A stretch of DNA of 64,000 nt, from positions 1 through 64,000 of IMG/VR virus record IMGVR_UViG_3300027791_000007. One strand, 5' to 3'. Below, in pieces: positions 48,046 through 56,905 of the stretch. The stretch's first letter is position 1. Every line of letters starts with the position of its first letter. The DNA comes from a virus. The position numbers were made by a program, and so were the translations under genes. The notes under the pieces were generated by a model, which ran no database searches, was not told the origin of the DNA, and worked only from the letters and a program-made list of their open reading frames with translations.

Positions 48046-48489
48046 TCAACCAATTTGCCTCATTCTTTCTACTAATCTGTCTGCCCTTTTAGTCACTTGA
48101 CGATACCATCTGCTATCAACCATTTCGTCTGCAGCTGCGTTCCAATCTTTGGCATCCACTCCTCGTTTCATACCCTTAAATTTAGACAATCTTGGTCGGC
48201 CCATATTGAACATCATGTTTGCGACTATTAATTGCACTTCTTCTGGTAAATCATCAAAGTCTGGATATAGTTTGGTACAGTCTGATAAGACATTCTCAAC
48301 ATCTTGGTTGAAGGCTTCAGCAACTCTAACTTTTGTGATAAGCGTTCCAACTTCCCATTTATACTCTGGGTCTGATTCCAAAACAAGGTGGCCAATACCA
48401 AAAGTAGGCAGACCAAGATGGTCAAGATATATCTTTCCTACACTTCCCTCATCATATGCAATTTCCTCTCGTAGTTTATCTATATTCAT
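48046..48489 (-). CDS. T4-lysozyme-family muramidase
   Basis: DEG...IYLDHLGLPTFGIGHL, NMMFNMG, AADEMVDSRWYRQV..RA; start MNIDKL after GGAG RBS. Confidence 0.9.
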   Translation of the reverse strand: MNIDKLREEIAYDEGSVGKIYLDHLGLPTFGIGHLVLESDPEYKWEVGTLITKVRVAEAFNQDVENVLSDCTKLYPDFDDLPEEVQLIVANMMFNMGRPRLSKFKGMKRGVDAKDWNAAADEMVDSRWYRQVTKRADRLVERMRQIG

Positions 48490-48499
48490 TTTATACTCC

Positions 48500-48719
48500 T
48501 TAAGCTGCAAGTGGTTGTTTTGGATCAACATCTAAATGTTTACCCCACTCTGCATAGTAATGTCTCATACCCACTTCATCGTGGATAGTAGAGTTCTCAT
48601 GTCTACCATGCAATATATTTCTCTTCTCTGTACCTTCTCGCATTGTAGTTCCTTGTCCACTAACCCCAATCAAATCTTCATGAAGGTTACGTCCAATTCA
48701 GATGATTGCGTGGCGGCAT
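48500..48719 (-). pseudogene. probable internal-deletion remnant of a Rieske ring-hydroxylating oxygenase alpha subunit
   Basis: MPPRNHLNWT* joined out of frame to a 64-aa segment GRNLHEDLIGV...HDEVGMRHYYAEWGKHL, which resembles the RHO C-terminal E..R.(F/Y)Y..W motif. Confidence 0.5.
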
Positions 48720-48723
48720 TGGT

Positions 48724-49428
48724 TTACTCCATTCCTATCCCTAGTTTAGTTTTTTGTATTAAGTAGTTTCTTACAAATCCACTTCGTACAATATCTCCGA
48801 TTGTAAATTCTGTACAATTAAATTCTTTCATTTCTTCTGCGATTCTTAAAAAATCCCAAAGTCCATTTTTCTCGTTTGTTCTTACCAAATCACTTTGTGA
48901 AAAGTCTCCACAAAATGCTATCTTGGAGTCTTGTCCAAGTCTGGTTGTAATCGTATCCAACTCATGGAAATTTAAGTTCTGACATTCATCAACTATAACA
49001 AGAGCATTGTCAAATGTTAATCCTCTTAGAAAAGATGTTGACAAGAAAAACAATGTTCCTTGTGCTTTTAATCTTTCATACAAAGAAGTAAATGATTGTT
49101 CGTTTGGCATTTCAAACATGAACTGAACCATGTTAGAGTATGGAACTTGATACAATGCTGATTTATCTTCTTCATCGCCTGGTAAGAATCCAATCTCTCT
49201 TGTTGGTATAAGTGATCTGACTATAATAACCTTATCAATCTTTGATGTGTTATCTAGTGCTTCAGATAGTCCATTGAACAATGAAACAAAGGTCTTTCCA
49301 GTTCCTGCTGCTCCATATAGAAACTGACTTGCACCAGTTTTCCAACTTTCAAATACCACTTTTTGGTTATCCGTTGCTGGTTTAATAGCAACCATATTCT
49401 TTTTTGTTATTTCTAATTTCTTACTCAT
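48724..49428 (-). CDS. phoH: PhoH-family ATPase
   Basis: GAAGTGKT, REIGFLPG, FLRGLTFDN, DECQN, GDFSQSDL, DIVRSG. Confidence 0.95.
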   Translation of the reverse strand: MSKKLEITKKNMVAIKPATDNQKVVFESWKTGASQFLYGAAGTGKTFVSLFNGLSEALDNTSKIDKVIIVRSLIPTREIGFLPGDEEDKSALYQVPYSNMVQFMFEMPNEQSFTSLYERLKAQGTLFFLSTSFLRGLTFDNALVIVDECQNLNFHELDTITTRLGQDSKIAFCGDFSQSDLVRTNEKNGLWDFLRIAEEMKEFNCTEFTIGDIVRSGFVRNYLIQKTKLGIGME

Positions 49429-50000
49429 TTTCTACTCCACTTTACATAGTATCTTTTAGGGCCCTTCTTTCCTTCATTATCTAAAACTGGAACACTGTCA
49501 ACCTTGAACTCTACCAAATCAAACCCATAACGATCTGTAAAGTATTTATTATGTTCTATACTCCAAGGAAAATATTCTACATTACTTGGTGTCAAATTAT
49601 TAACCCCTCTTCTAAGTCTATTGCCAGTATTTTGTCTCCAAAAAATAACATCACCACTCTTAGTTATTTTACTTAAATGTTTTATTTGCATTTCTACATA
49701 TTCTTTATTATAAAAATTTAAACTTCCTAATGCCAGAAAAGTATCAAACTCTTTATGTGGTGTGTAATCTTCAAATTTTATCATCTCGTCTGCAGCTTCA
49801 TTGTATGGATCAATCCCATATAAATCATCAAAGTATGGTTTCCACATATTTATACCACAACCTATATCTAATACTTTTGCATCTCTAGGAATCTTTCTTA
49901 AAAGTTCAAATCCAGTGTGTCTATATTTGTAATATAAACTTCTGATTCTAGCATCTCTTGTGTGTCCATCTTTTCCTAAATGAAAGTTAGATGTATTCAT
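49425..50000 (-). CDS. class I SAM-dependent methyltransferase
   Basis: KVLDIGCG.N.WK, GIDPY, LALGSLNF, YFPW. Confidence 0.8.
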   Translation of the reverse strand: MNTSNFHLGKDGHTRDARIRSLYYKYRHTGFELLRKIPRDAKVLDIGCGINMWKPYFDDLYGIDPYNEAADEMIKFEDYTPHKEFDTFLALGSLNFYNKEYVEMQIKHLSKITKSGDVIFWRQNTGNRLRRGVNNLTPSNVEYFPWSIEHNKYFTDRYGFDLVEFKVDSVPVLDNEGKKGPKRYYVKWSRK

Positions 50001-50011
50001 ATTTTAATCCA

Positions 50012-50377
50012 CTACTTATATGTGTGTCTACCGCCAATAATTTCAGCTTTATTTAGATTGTGTGATGTTCCACCGTCTGTTACTTTTGCACCAGTTCTTT
50101 TCTTTATAACTTGTCTTGCTTTCTTTTTCGCCATGTTCTCATTACTACCGTATCTAGAAGCAAGGGGCGAGTTAGGATGTGCCTCTGCAATCCTAGACAT
50201 GTTCTCTTTGAAACCATCGTCTACTTTGTGTGTTCTTCCTTCAATACCACCCACAATCGCAATTGCTACTGGAACTTGATTGATGTCTGGATTGTTCTCT
50301 AGGAATGTTTCTTTTTCAGACATTCCCATAAACTCATCCCAAACCTCACCGTCTTTATTAAATCTATATGTTGGCAT
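50012..50377 (-). CDS. conserved T4-like hypothetical protein (MPTY family)
   Basis: MPTYRF...FLENNP..., DDGFKENMSRIAEAHPNS. Confidence 0.75.
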   Translation of the reverse strand: MPTYRFNKDGEVWDEFMGMSEKETFLENNPDINQVPVAIAIVGGIEGRTHKVDDGFKENMSRIAEAHPNSPLASRYGSNENMAKKKARQVIKKRTGAKVTDGGTSHNLNKAEIIGGRHTYK

Positions 50378-50392
50378 AATTTTCTCCCATGT

Positions 50393-51076
50393 TTATATAT
50401 GTGTCCATCGCCAAACGTATCTAGGATTCTTTATCAAATCCTCACCATCTTGATACATCCCCATACTTTCCCTATGTTCTGGCACTTGTTCTTGTATTCT
50501 CCAATGATCTTTTGTCATCAAGTTTGTATCCGTGATACCAATACCATCTATCTGTGTTTTAAATCCAACTTCATCACCTAACATTGTGATGTTCTTTTCA
50601 TTCCATATTGTTCTTTTACTATTTGCATGTAATATAGCAGTTCCATCTTTTTTTAGTAGATACTTTATTACTTTAATGACTCTTCTATTATATTCCCAAT
50701 CTTCTGGCGCATTTAGTTCATAAACTGACCATGGGCCAAAACAAAATACAAAGTCTGCAACATTAGGTTTGAAGATATCAGGCAAAGTATTTACATCTCT
50801 TTGTAAATCTACTTGTGGTAAATGTGTAAGGTCTACACCAATAACATTTCTTACAATCGGTTTGAAATAGTTAGCACCACACCCCAGATCAATAACTAAA
50901 TCTGGTTTATGTGCCGCTATCTCATTTGCTAACTTTTCACCAGAGAGAGTTCTGTATTTCGGTAGGTTTTGTCTAGTGTCAAAATCTACTTCATTTGTGT
51001 ATCTTTCTCTGACATCATCTATTTCTACACCACTAATATTTCTTTTTTCGTGTAGTCTGGAATCATAATCACTCAT
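50393..51076 (-). CDS. class I SAM-dependent methyltransferase
   Basis: VIDLGCGANYFK; paralog of 21826-22545. Confidence 0.8.
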   Translation of the reverse strand: MSDYDSRLHEKRNISGVEIDDVRERYTNEVDFDTRQNLPKYRTLSGEKLANEIAAHKPDLVIDLGCGANYFKPIVRNVIGVDLTHLPQVDLQRDVNTLPDIFKPNVADFVFCFGPWSVYELNAPEDWEYNRRVIKVIKYLLKKDGTAILHANSKRTIWNEKNITMLGDEVGFKTQIDGIGITDTNLMTKDHWRIQEQVPEHRESMGMYQDGEDLIKNPRYVWRWTHI

Positions 51077-51870
51077 TTTGCAAACTCATAGTGTAACCTT
51101 GGTCTAACTTTTACGTCTATATGATCTATATAGTGAACTTTGTCAAATCGTCTATTCCATTCATTCATCACTTTACCTTTTAAATCTTCACCAATACCCT
51201 CTGTATCAATATTCTTTAAATCTGCCAAGTCATTTGTATTCATACCAATCATACCATAACCTTTAAATTTAGATGCATCTTTTACAGCATTTTTGTATAG
51301 TTGAATATGTTCATCTGACATCAAAGTTAAATCTGTATGTTCAGTTGCCATATTGACAACATCAAAACCAAACTCATCTGCCCATCTCTGAATCTCTTGT
51401 GTAGTCCAAGGGTAATATGGATATCCAGATTTCACTCCTCTATCCTCATCACTTAAATGTCCAGGCCTTACATGTCCAAATATTCTATTTGACATCTTAC
51501 GAAAAATATCAAAGTTTACATAGATATCTTCCACAGTTCCAAAGTTCATTGGGCCTATGCAATAGATTAAATCGAATGAGGGATGCATTTTAAAATACCA
51601 CTCTCTGATATTATCTATAACATCAGCGCCTGTCTTGTGTCCTAGTTTCCGATAGTCTAATAAGTCTATCCCTACAACACCTTCCAGATGTGGTTTAAAT
51701 AGATTTGCACCACAACCAACGTCTAACACAGAGTTGGGTTTTAGTTTTTCATTAATGTATTTTACACCAGCCTGGCCAGTATGACTTCTATATAAAGAAA
51801 ATGCTCTTAGTTGGGGATTCCCAGCAACTGAAAAGTGTTCTTTAAGTGCTTCCATTTCGCTGTAATTCAT
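51073..51870 (-). CDS. class I SAM-dependent methyltransferase
   Basis: VLDVGCGANLFK, GID, GPMNFG, YYPW. Confidence 0.8.
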   Translation of the reverse strand: MNYSEMEALKEHFSVAGNPQLRAFSLYRSHTGQAGVKYINEKLKPNSVLDVGCGANLFKPHLEGVVGIDLLDYRKLGHKTGADVIDNIREWYFKMHPSFDLIYCIGPMNFGTVEDIYVNFDIFRKMSNRIFGHVRPGHLSDEDRGVKSGYPYYPWTTQEIQRWADEFGFDVVNMATEHTDLTLMSDEHIQLYKNAVKDASKFKGYGMIGMNTNDLADLKNIDTEGIGEDLKGKVMNEWNRRFDKVHYIDHIDVKVRPRLHYEFAK

Positions 51871-51953
51871 GTATCTCTTCCGTCAATTCTTTGATTCTTT
51901 TAATTAAAATGTACTTCTCTTTTGTAAGTTCGGCAATATCAAGCTGATACATT

Positions 51954-52508
51954 TCAGCTTGTGACATACCAACTTGGTTTATCTCTTCCATTTATTTTAC
52001 CTTTCCATGTAGCAAAACCCTTCTTCTCATGTATATAGTAAGTATGGTAGGCCTTAATTGGATTGCCTGGTACTTTGCAGTACTCTGGCATACATTGTGG
52101 CATCTCTGTTAACCCATTCTTATCACATAAATTATTAGGTGCTCTTTGTAAGTAAATAGATGGTTTGCTTGCACCGTGTATTTTGCCGTATCTAAAACTG
52201 TATTCTGCAAGTGTTGCCATGTACAAGAAATAGAGGTAATAATAATTACTCCTACTTACTCTTGTCCAAATGGCAGAGGGATGATTTACATGACCTGCTT
52301 TGTATAAAACATTTTCTCTTTTGTCATGTAATTTCCATCGTTTGATTCTATGATTATTTTTAGTCCTACCTTCATAAATTTCCCCATCTATCAACCTATG
52401 GGCTGTAGACAATAGTTGTGCATATTCTGTACACATCTTGACAACATGTTTGTCTAAATGCATAGAAGCACTTACTCTTGGATCTTTATCTAAGTAGAAA
52501 ATATTCAT
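51954..52508 (-). CDS. pyrimidine-dimer DNA glycosylase / DenV-like family protein
   Basis: MNIFYLD..P...DKHVVKM..EYAQLLSTAH, H.NHPS..W, EY..RYGK.H, PQCMP. Confidence 0.75.
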   Translation of the reverse strand: MNIFYLDKDPRVSASMHLDKHVVKMCTEYAQLLSTAHRLIDGEIYEGRTKNNHRIKRWKLHDKRENVLYKAGHVNHPSAIWTRVSRSNYYYLYFLYMATLAEYSFRYGKIHGASKPSIYLQRAPNNLCDKNGLTEMPQCMPEYCKVPGNPIKAYHTYYIHEKKGFATWKGKINGRDKPSWYVTS

Positions 52509-52669
52509 ATCACCCTCTCACATTAAATAGAACTTGAGGACTCTCAATCCAAATATCTAGTATTCGATATCTCATATTATAACTCTCATCATCATATACC
52601 CCTAACCATACGGTTATCGTCTATTTTAATTGTATTAATCATACCACATGTTTTAGCAAATGTCAAGTA

Positions 52670-52873
52670 CTATTTTTCTTTTAATACCCATATAACTGTT
52701 TCTTTGCCTGTAGACTCATTTATCAATGGAATTGCTGGTACATTTGGATTTCTTTCCTTGTACTCATATTCCCAAACATATCCTTGTTTCATTTGATTCT
52801 TGGATGTGTTAAAAAATTCTAGATTGTCGTAAGCAAAACTGCCCAACATAGATATGATTAATGTCTCAATCAT
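52670..52873 (-). CDS. hypothetical protein
   Basis: GGAG RBS, 67 aa. Confidence 0.55.
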   Translation of the reverse strand: MIETLIISMLGSFAYDNLEFFNTSKNQMKQGYVWEYEYKERNPNVPAIPLINESTGKETVIWVLKEK

Positions 52874-52882
52874 TTTGTACTC

Positions 52883-53356
52883 CTATTTCTCCCATCTATA
52901 AAAGATGTGGGTTTGTATTGTTCTTGTTTTTGTTTTTGCTGCAGCCCAAGCTGGTAGTACATAATCTGCATGGTAGTGAGTTGCACCCTTGACTGTAGGT
53001 TCTAACGTACCAGTGAGGACACCATTCGCAACCCATGTAGCGATTACAAATGCATTGTGTTCTTTTACCTCATCACTTTTTCCGTCACAATACCAACTAA
53101 ATTGGCATCTGTTTTTTACTGGAAAGTATTTTCTTTTGTATTTAGGAAGTGTTGCATCTTTTCTTGTTTTCCAAGATTCTCTAATCGGGCCTTGTTTTAC
53201 AACTTCGCACACTGTATTGGGATATCTTGAATCTGCAACTCTATTCATCGTAACTTCAGCAACTGCAATCTGTCCTTCTATACTTTGGTTTTTTGCCTCG
53301 TGATACACATTAGATGCTAAGCAAATAAGTGCCGTACTAAGTAGTTCTGTTACCAT
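52883..53356 (-). CDS. cell wall hydrolase (SleB/Hydrolase_2)
   Basis: CLA.NVYHEA, V.MNRV.D.RYPNTVCEVV.Q, CQFSWYCDGK, GATHYHA, HIFY. Confidence 0.92.
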   Translation of the reverse strand: MVTELLSTALICLASNVYHEAKNQSIEGQIAVAEVTMNRVADSRYPNTVCEVVKQGPIRESWKTRKDATLPKYKRKYFPVKNRCQFSWYCDGKSDEVKEHNAFVIATWVANGVLTGTLEPTVKGATHYHADYVLPAWAAAKTKTRTIQTHIFYRWEK

Positions 53357-53789
53357 TATTTTTACTCCATTGTTTATATTTGATCAAAAGGGTTTCTTGC
53401 ATCCTATATGCCTGTCTTTCCCACGGTTGTTTACTATATGCATAGTTACTATAACAGTAACCTTTCCAATATACCTTTGATCCTGCTGTGTTATTATCTT
53501 TCAGCATTCCTTTAGCGTATTGCATAACATGTACCATTTCGTGAGTGACACAAGTAATTAGGTCATCTCCTTTTAAACTTTTTTCAATATCAATTTCAAA
53601 ATGATTTCTATAATCGCCAGGCGAGCATAGTCCATCACAATTTGTTTCGTCTTTCAATTTTATGAGATTTATTTCAACATCAAGAGTTCTGAACTTGGGG
53701 AGCATTTCGTCTACACAGAAATATGCTATCTCTCTAACAAGTTGTCTCTTGGTTTTTGTACTACCCTCTACTGTAACACAATTATACAT
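53337..53789 (-). CDS. HEXXH metallopeptidase-like protein
   Basis: HEMVHVMQY and Y..QPWE.QA. Confidence 0.75.
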   Translation of the reverse strand: MYNCVTVEGSTKTKRQLVREIAYFCVDEMLPKFRTLDVEINLIKLKDETNCDGLCSPGDYRNHFEIDIEKSLKGDDLITCVTHEMVHVMQYAKGMLKDNNTAGSKVYWKGYCYSNYAYSKQPWERQAYRMQETLLIKYKQWSKNNGNRTT

Positions 53790-53814
53790 TCATCACCTAT
53801 ATTTAGTCATTATA

Positions 53815-53850
53815 TAAAAAGTGGCAGAGGGGAAATGACGCCCCTCTGCC
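53815..53850 (-). terminator. intrinsic terminator
   Basis: 10-bp stem GGCAGAGGGG/CCCCTCTGCC followed by a U-tract on the minus strand. Confidence 0.8.
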
Positions 53851-53851
53851 T

Positions 53852-53946
53852 GACACAACCTAATCACATTATCATCATATAGTGATTGTGCCTTCTTGAT
53901 GTCCTCTTTTGATGATGAGATTTGAGAGGCGAGGACATAAGAATCC
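53852..53946 (-). ncRNA. candidate two-hairpin RNA with complementary loops
   Basis: Two stems whose loop regions carry UCAUCAU and AUGAUGA. Confidence 0.45.
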
Positions 53947-53951
53947 ATAAA

Positions 53952-54056
53952 TTAGTCCATACAACCTTGCATCAAACCTTCTGTAGCGCAAGGGTCTTCC
54001 ACATATCCAACTAGTGCGATACATGCCAAAATCATAATAAATATTCCATACTTCAT
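53952..54056 (-). CDS. small membrane/secreted peptide (34 aa)
   Basis: Not in the track: MKYGIFIMILACIALVGYVEDPCATEGLMQGCMD; GGAG RBS. Confidence 0.6.
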   Translation of the reverse strand: MKYGIFIMILACIALVGYVEDPCATEGLMQGCMD

Positions 54057-54066
54057 AATAAAACTC

Positions 54067-54270
54067 CTAATAAGGTACATAATCTAAATCTATTCCATAT
54101 TCAAAATGTCCATTGTCCATATCGAATACACACTGATTGACTAACTTGGCCCAAATCTCTGGAACAGCAATACCTTCTTTCTGTCCAACTTTTTCGCACA
54201 ACTCAATCTTTGTAATTTTTGCAGAACCAAACTTTCCGATTACTGCATCACCAATTTTCAATTTAACCAT
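54067..54270 (-). CDS. hypothetical protein
   Basis: GAGG RBS before MVKLKIGD; DMDNGHFEYG motif. Confidence 0.6.
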   Translation of the reverse strand: MVKLKIGDAVIGKFGSAKITKIELCEKVGQKEGIAVPEIWAKLVNQCVFDMDNGHFEYGIDLDYVPY

Positions 54271-54484
54271 TTTGAACCTCACTGTAAAATTCTTCTAGTT
54301 GTTCTTCCAACCCCATGTCGGAATCAAACCCAACTAAATCTAAACAGATATCACCTTTTCTTTGTGAAACCATTGTCATTGCAACAGCATCTGAAACTGA
54401 AATGGGTGTTCCCATTTTTAGATAGTTAGTCATCTTGTCCATGAATAACTCTGTTAGTGCCCAATAGTAATTTTTAACTTTCAT
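54263..54484 (-). CDS. hypothetical protein
   Basis: First ORF after the early promoter TTGACA (54539-54544); MKVKNYYW. Confidence 0.6.
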   Translation of the reverse strand: MKVKNYYWALTELFMDKMTNYLKMGTPISVSDAVAMTMVSQRKGDICLDLVGFDSDMGLEEQLEEFYSEVQNG

Positions 54485-54576
54485 ATTATTTCCTCTCATC
54501 ATTGATTATGTATATACTATAACACGATAAGGAGGCGTTGTCAACCCCTAAAATAAACCCTTGATAATACAGCGTT

Positions 54577-55125
54577 TTATCCTACTCCGTTTGCCGCACC
54601 TTTTAGTTGTGGGTACGAATCACTTGCAACGATTCGGTTTCCTTGTCTATCAAATGTTTCTTTGGGAGCATTAGGGTCTGGAACTACATAACCATCATTC
54701 CAACCAAACGCCTCTTTGACTACAAATTCTGATAAACCTTTGTATATCTTATGCAAGGCTTTGTCTTTAGCACCGTTTAGTACTCTTGCTTCTCCAGCAG
54801 ATAGTCCTTCCAGCATTTGGATATACATATTTTCTCGTTTGTTTTGATTGATATTTTTATCTGCACCTTTAATGAAGTGCCACAACTTTTTTGATTCTGT
54901 AGCAAGTCTAGTATGTTCTGTACCATCTGGAGCATCATTCACTCGAAATGGAACATCACCTTCTGGAACTGCCCAATGTATGTTAGGATCAAAAGATGCT
55001 TTAATAACCATCCTCAAACCATCTGTATTGTATTTTTTCAGAACTTTTACCTTCTGTTCTTTAGTTTTTGCTTTATGCACTTGATCTAAAATTTCGTGAT
55101 AAAGTAATGTGAAATCATCGGCCAT
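54577..55125 (-). CDS. conserved T4-like hypothetical protein (DUF6433-like)
   Basis: FDP...W.VPEG.VPF, KRE.MYIQMLEGL...EA; typical neighbour of rnh. Confidence 0.75.
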   Translation of the reverse strand: MADDFTLLYHEILDQVHKAKTKEQKVKVLKKYNTDGLRMVIKASFDPNIHWAVPEGDVPFRVNDAPDGTEHTRLATESKKLWHFIKGADKNINQNKRENMYIQMLEGLSAGEARVLNGAKDKALHKIYKGLSEFVVKEAFGWNDGYVVPDPNAPKETFDRQGNRIVASDSYPQLKGAANGVG

Positions 55126-55126
55126 T

Positions 55127-55969
55127 TTAAAATTCTCCTATATTTTCTGTTAGTTCTCTTAACCGTTTTGTTGTGAAGTATGTGTAAAGTTTAGAACGGT
55201 CACCACAAGGCGCCTCTGAAAAATCAACCATGATATCTTTTGCAAGATTCTCTGGAATCATTTTTAGGTCTATCAACTTTTGATTTCGGATATAGTTTCG
55301 TCTAATTTCTTCTTCAAAGTCATCTATATTCATATCAATCCATACTTCAATTTTTTTCTTAGTTAAAGGTCTTTGTCTCAACCCTTCCACAAAAGTATGA
55401 TCTGGCGATAGCACATTTGGTACACCGTCACTTGAATCACCCTTCAATATGTGTTGCTTTATATATGTCTTTGGGTCTTCACCATCGACATACTTTTTCA
55501 AGATTGGACTATACTGTTTAACATTAGAATAAGTTTGTAACTGAATGAAATCTTTATCACCACTTATAATCATGATCTTCTCTTCTTGAAAATTCTCTAC
55601 AAGAGTAGCAATTATATCGTCTGCTTCTGCACCATACACTTCAACAAACTTGTATGGTAAGTTCTCTTTAAATTCTGCTTTAATAGCATTAAGACATTCA
55701 AAAATAGCGTTCCAATCATTACTGTCTTTCTCTCTACCCTTTTTCCTATTATGTTTATACTGTTCAAAATAATCTCTACGCCAATAGTGTTTGGAATCAT
55801 ATGTAAGAACAACTTCTCCATACTCTTCATGAAACATATTTCTATACAATCTGATAGAGTTTAGTATCATGTGACGTATCATCTTATCATCAACTTCATC
55901 ACTTTTTGACATTTGCTTTGACATCATAACTGATGCTAAACAAATTTGGTTCATATCTATAATAATCAT
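55127..55969 (-). CDS. rnh: T4-type RNase H (5'-3' exonuclease)
   Basis: IIIDMNQ, HMILNS, YWRRD, EADDII, ISGDKDFIQL, KGDSSDGVPN. Confidence 0.95.
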   Translation of the reverse strand: MIIIDMNQICLASVMMSKQMSKSDEVDDKMIRHMILNSIRLYRNMFHEEYGEVVLTYDSKHYWRRDYFEQYKHNRKKGREKDSNDWNAIFECLNAIKAEFKENLPYKFVEVYGAEADDIIATLVENFQEEKIMIISGDKDFIQLQTYSNVKQYSPILKKYVDGEDPKTYIKQHILKGDSSDGVPNVLSPDHTFVEGLRQRPLTKKKIEVWIDMNIDDFEEEIRRNYIRNQKLIDLKMIPENLAKDIMVDFSEAPCGDRSKLYTYFTTKRLRELTENIGEF

Positions 55970-56304
55970 TCTTGTGTCGTATCCTTCACATATTTATTAA
56001 TTGCTTCTCGTAATGGATGAACGTAACCCAATTCTCTCATGATTGTTGCCTTTACACATTCTGTAATAAATCTTATGTCACCCAACATCTCTGGTGATTC
56101 AATATTGAATCCTTCTTCCTTCAATGACTCCATAAATTCAATCAAATAATCTTCGGTTAACTGATCCATAAACAACATATCTTTCTGTATCTTAGATATC
56201 TTATTTCGTTTTGCTTTAGATATCTTTTGATAAGAATCGAACCACTTAGTTGGCCCCTTTACGATTTTTGCTGGATCTACCCCTTCGGTACTATCGTCAC
56301 CCAT
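55966..56304 (-). CDS. hypothetical protein
   Basis: Coupled 112 aa ORF. Confidence 0.6.
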   Translation of the reverse strand: MGDDSTEGVDPAKIVKGPTKWFDSYQKISKAKRNKISKIQKDMLFMDQLTEDYLIEFMESLKEEGFNIESPEMLGDIRFITECVKATIMRELGYVHPLREAINKYVKDTTQE

Positions 56305-56651
56305 TTTATTTTTCTCTCTTGTTCACGACCATAAAAATTGTCCATCCACTGACCACCTTTTAAATATGATCTAAGATTTCTAAGATAACCCTCTATATCG
56401 GCAAGTCTAGAGATAGAATGTTTTTCCTTTAACCTCACTTGACGCTTCAATTCTGGCAACTTATCTTGATTCCAAGTAATCCAATCCTTAACATTTTTGG
56501 CACACAAGGGATGTTCCTCATCTAACTCTAAAACATTTGGGTGAATTGATTTGTTCTTTGCTGGTTTTTTAGCAGCACGAACTTTCGCCATTTTATCATG
56601 ATTATTCAAAACTACATCCTCTCTTCTATTTCTCTTTGTTTCTTCTGCCAT
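56277..56651 (-). CDS. conserved hypothetical protein
   Basis: H.L...NVK.WI, Y.RNL..YL..G.W.D.FYG motif. Confidence 0.7.
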   Translation of the reverse strand: MAEETKRNRREDVVLNNHDKMAKVRAAKKPAKNKSIHPNVLELDEEHPLCAKNVKDWITWNQDKLPELKRQVRLKEKHSISRLADIEGYLRNLRSYLKGGQWMDNFYGREQERKIKWVTIVPKG

Positions 56652-56899
56652 CTCTTGACACCTGCCTTTTTGGCAATCCTTCTCTTTTCAGATGGTTTTT
56701 TATAACCTTCTGACCTATCTCTAATCTCTTTCATAATACCTTCTTGAAGCATCTTCTTCTTCAAGATTCTAAGAGCTTTGTTGACATCGTTATTTCTAAC
56801 TGCAACAGTCATACCACTATACTCTTTAGGTTTATCTTCTCTAGGTCTTCGTTGAAAATCGCCTTTGGGTTTCCACCCTCTACTGTTATCTTTTCTCAT
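56612..56899 (-). CDS. rpsU: 30S ribosomal protein bS21
   Basis: [18 protein letters not shown]...EG...YKKPSEKRR...KRW. Confidence 0.88.
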   Translation of the reverse strand: MRKDNSRGWKPKGDFQRRPREDKPKEYSGMTVAVRNNDVNKALRILKKKMLQEGIMKEIRDRSEGYKKPSEKRRIAKKAGVKRWQKKQREIEERM

Positions 56900-56905
56900 A
56901 TATAC

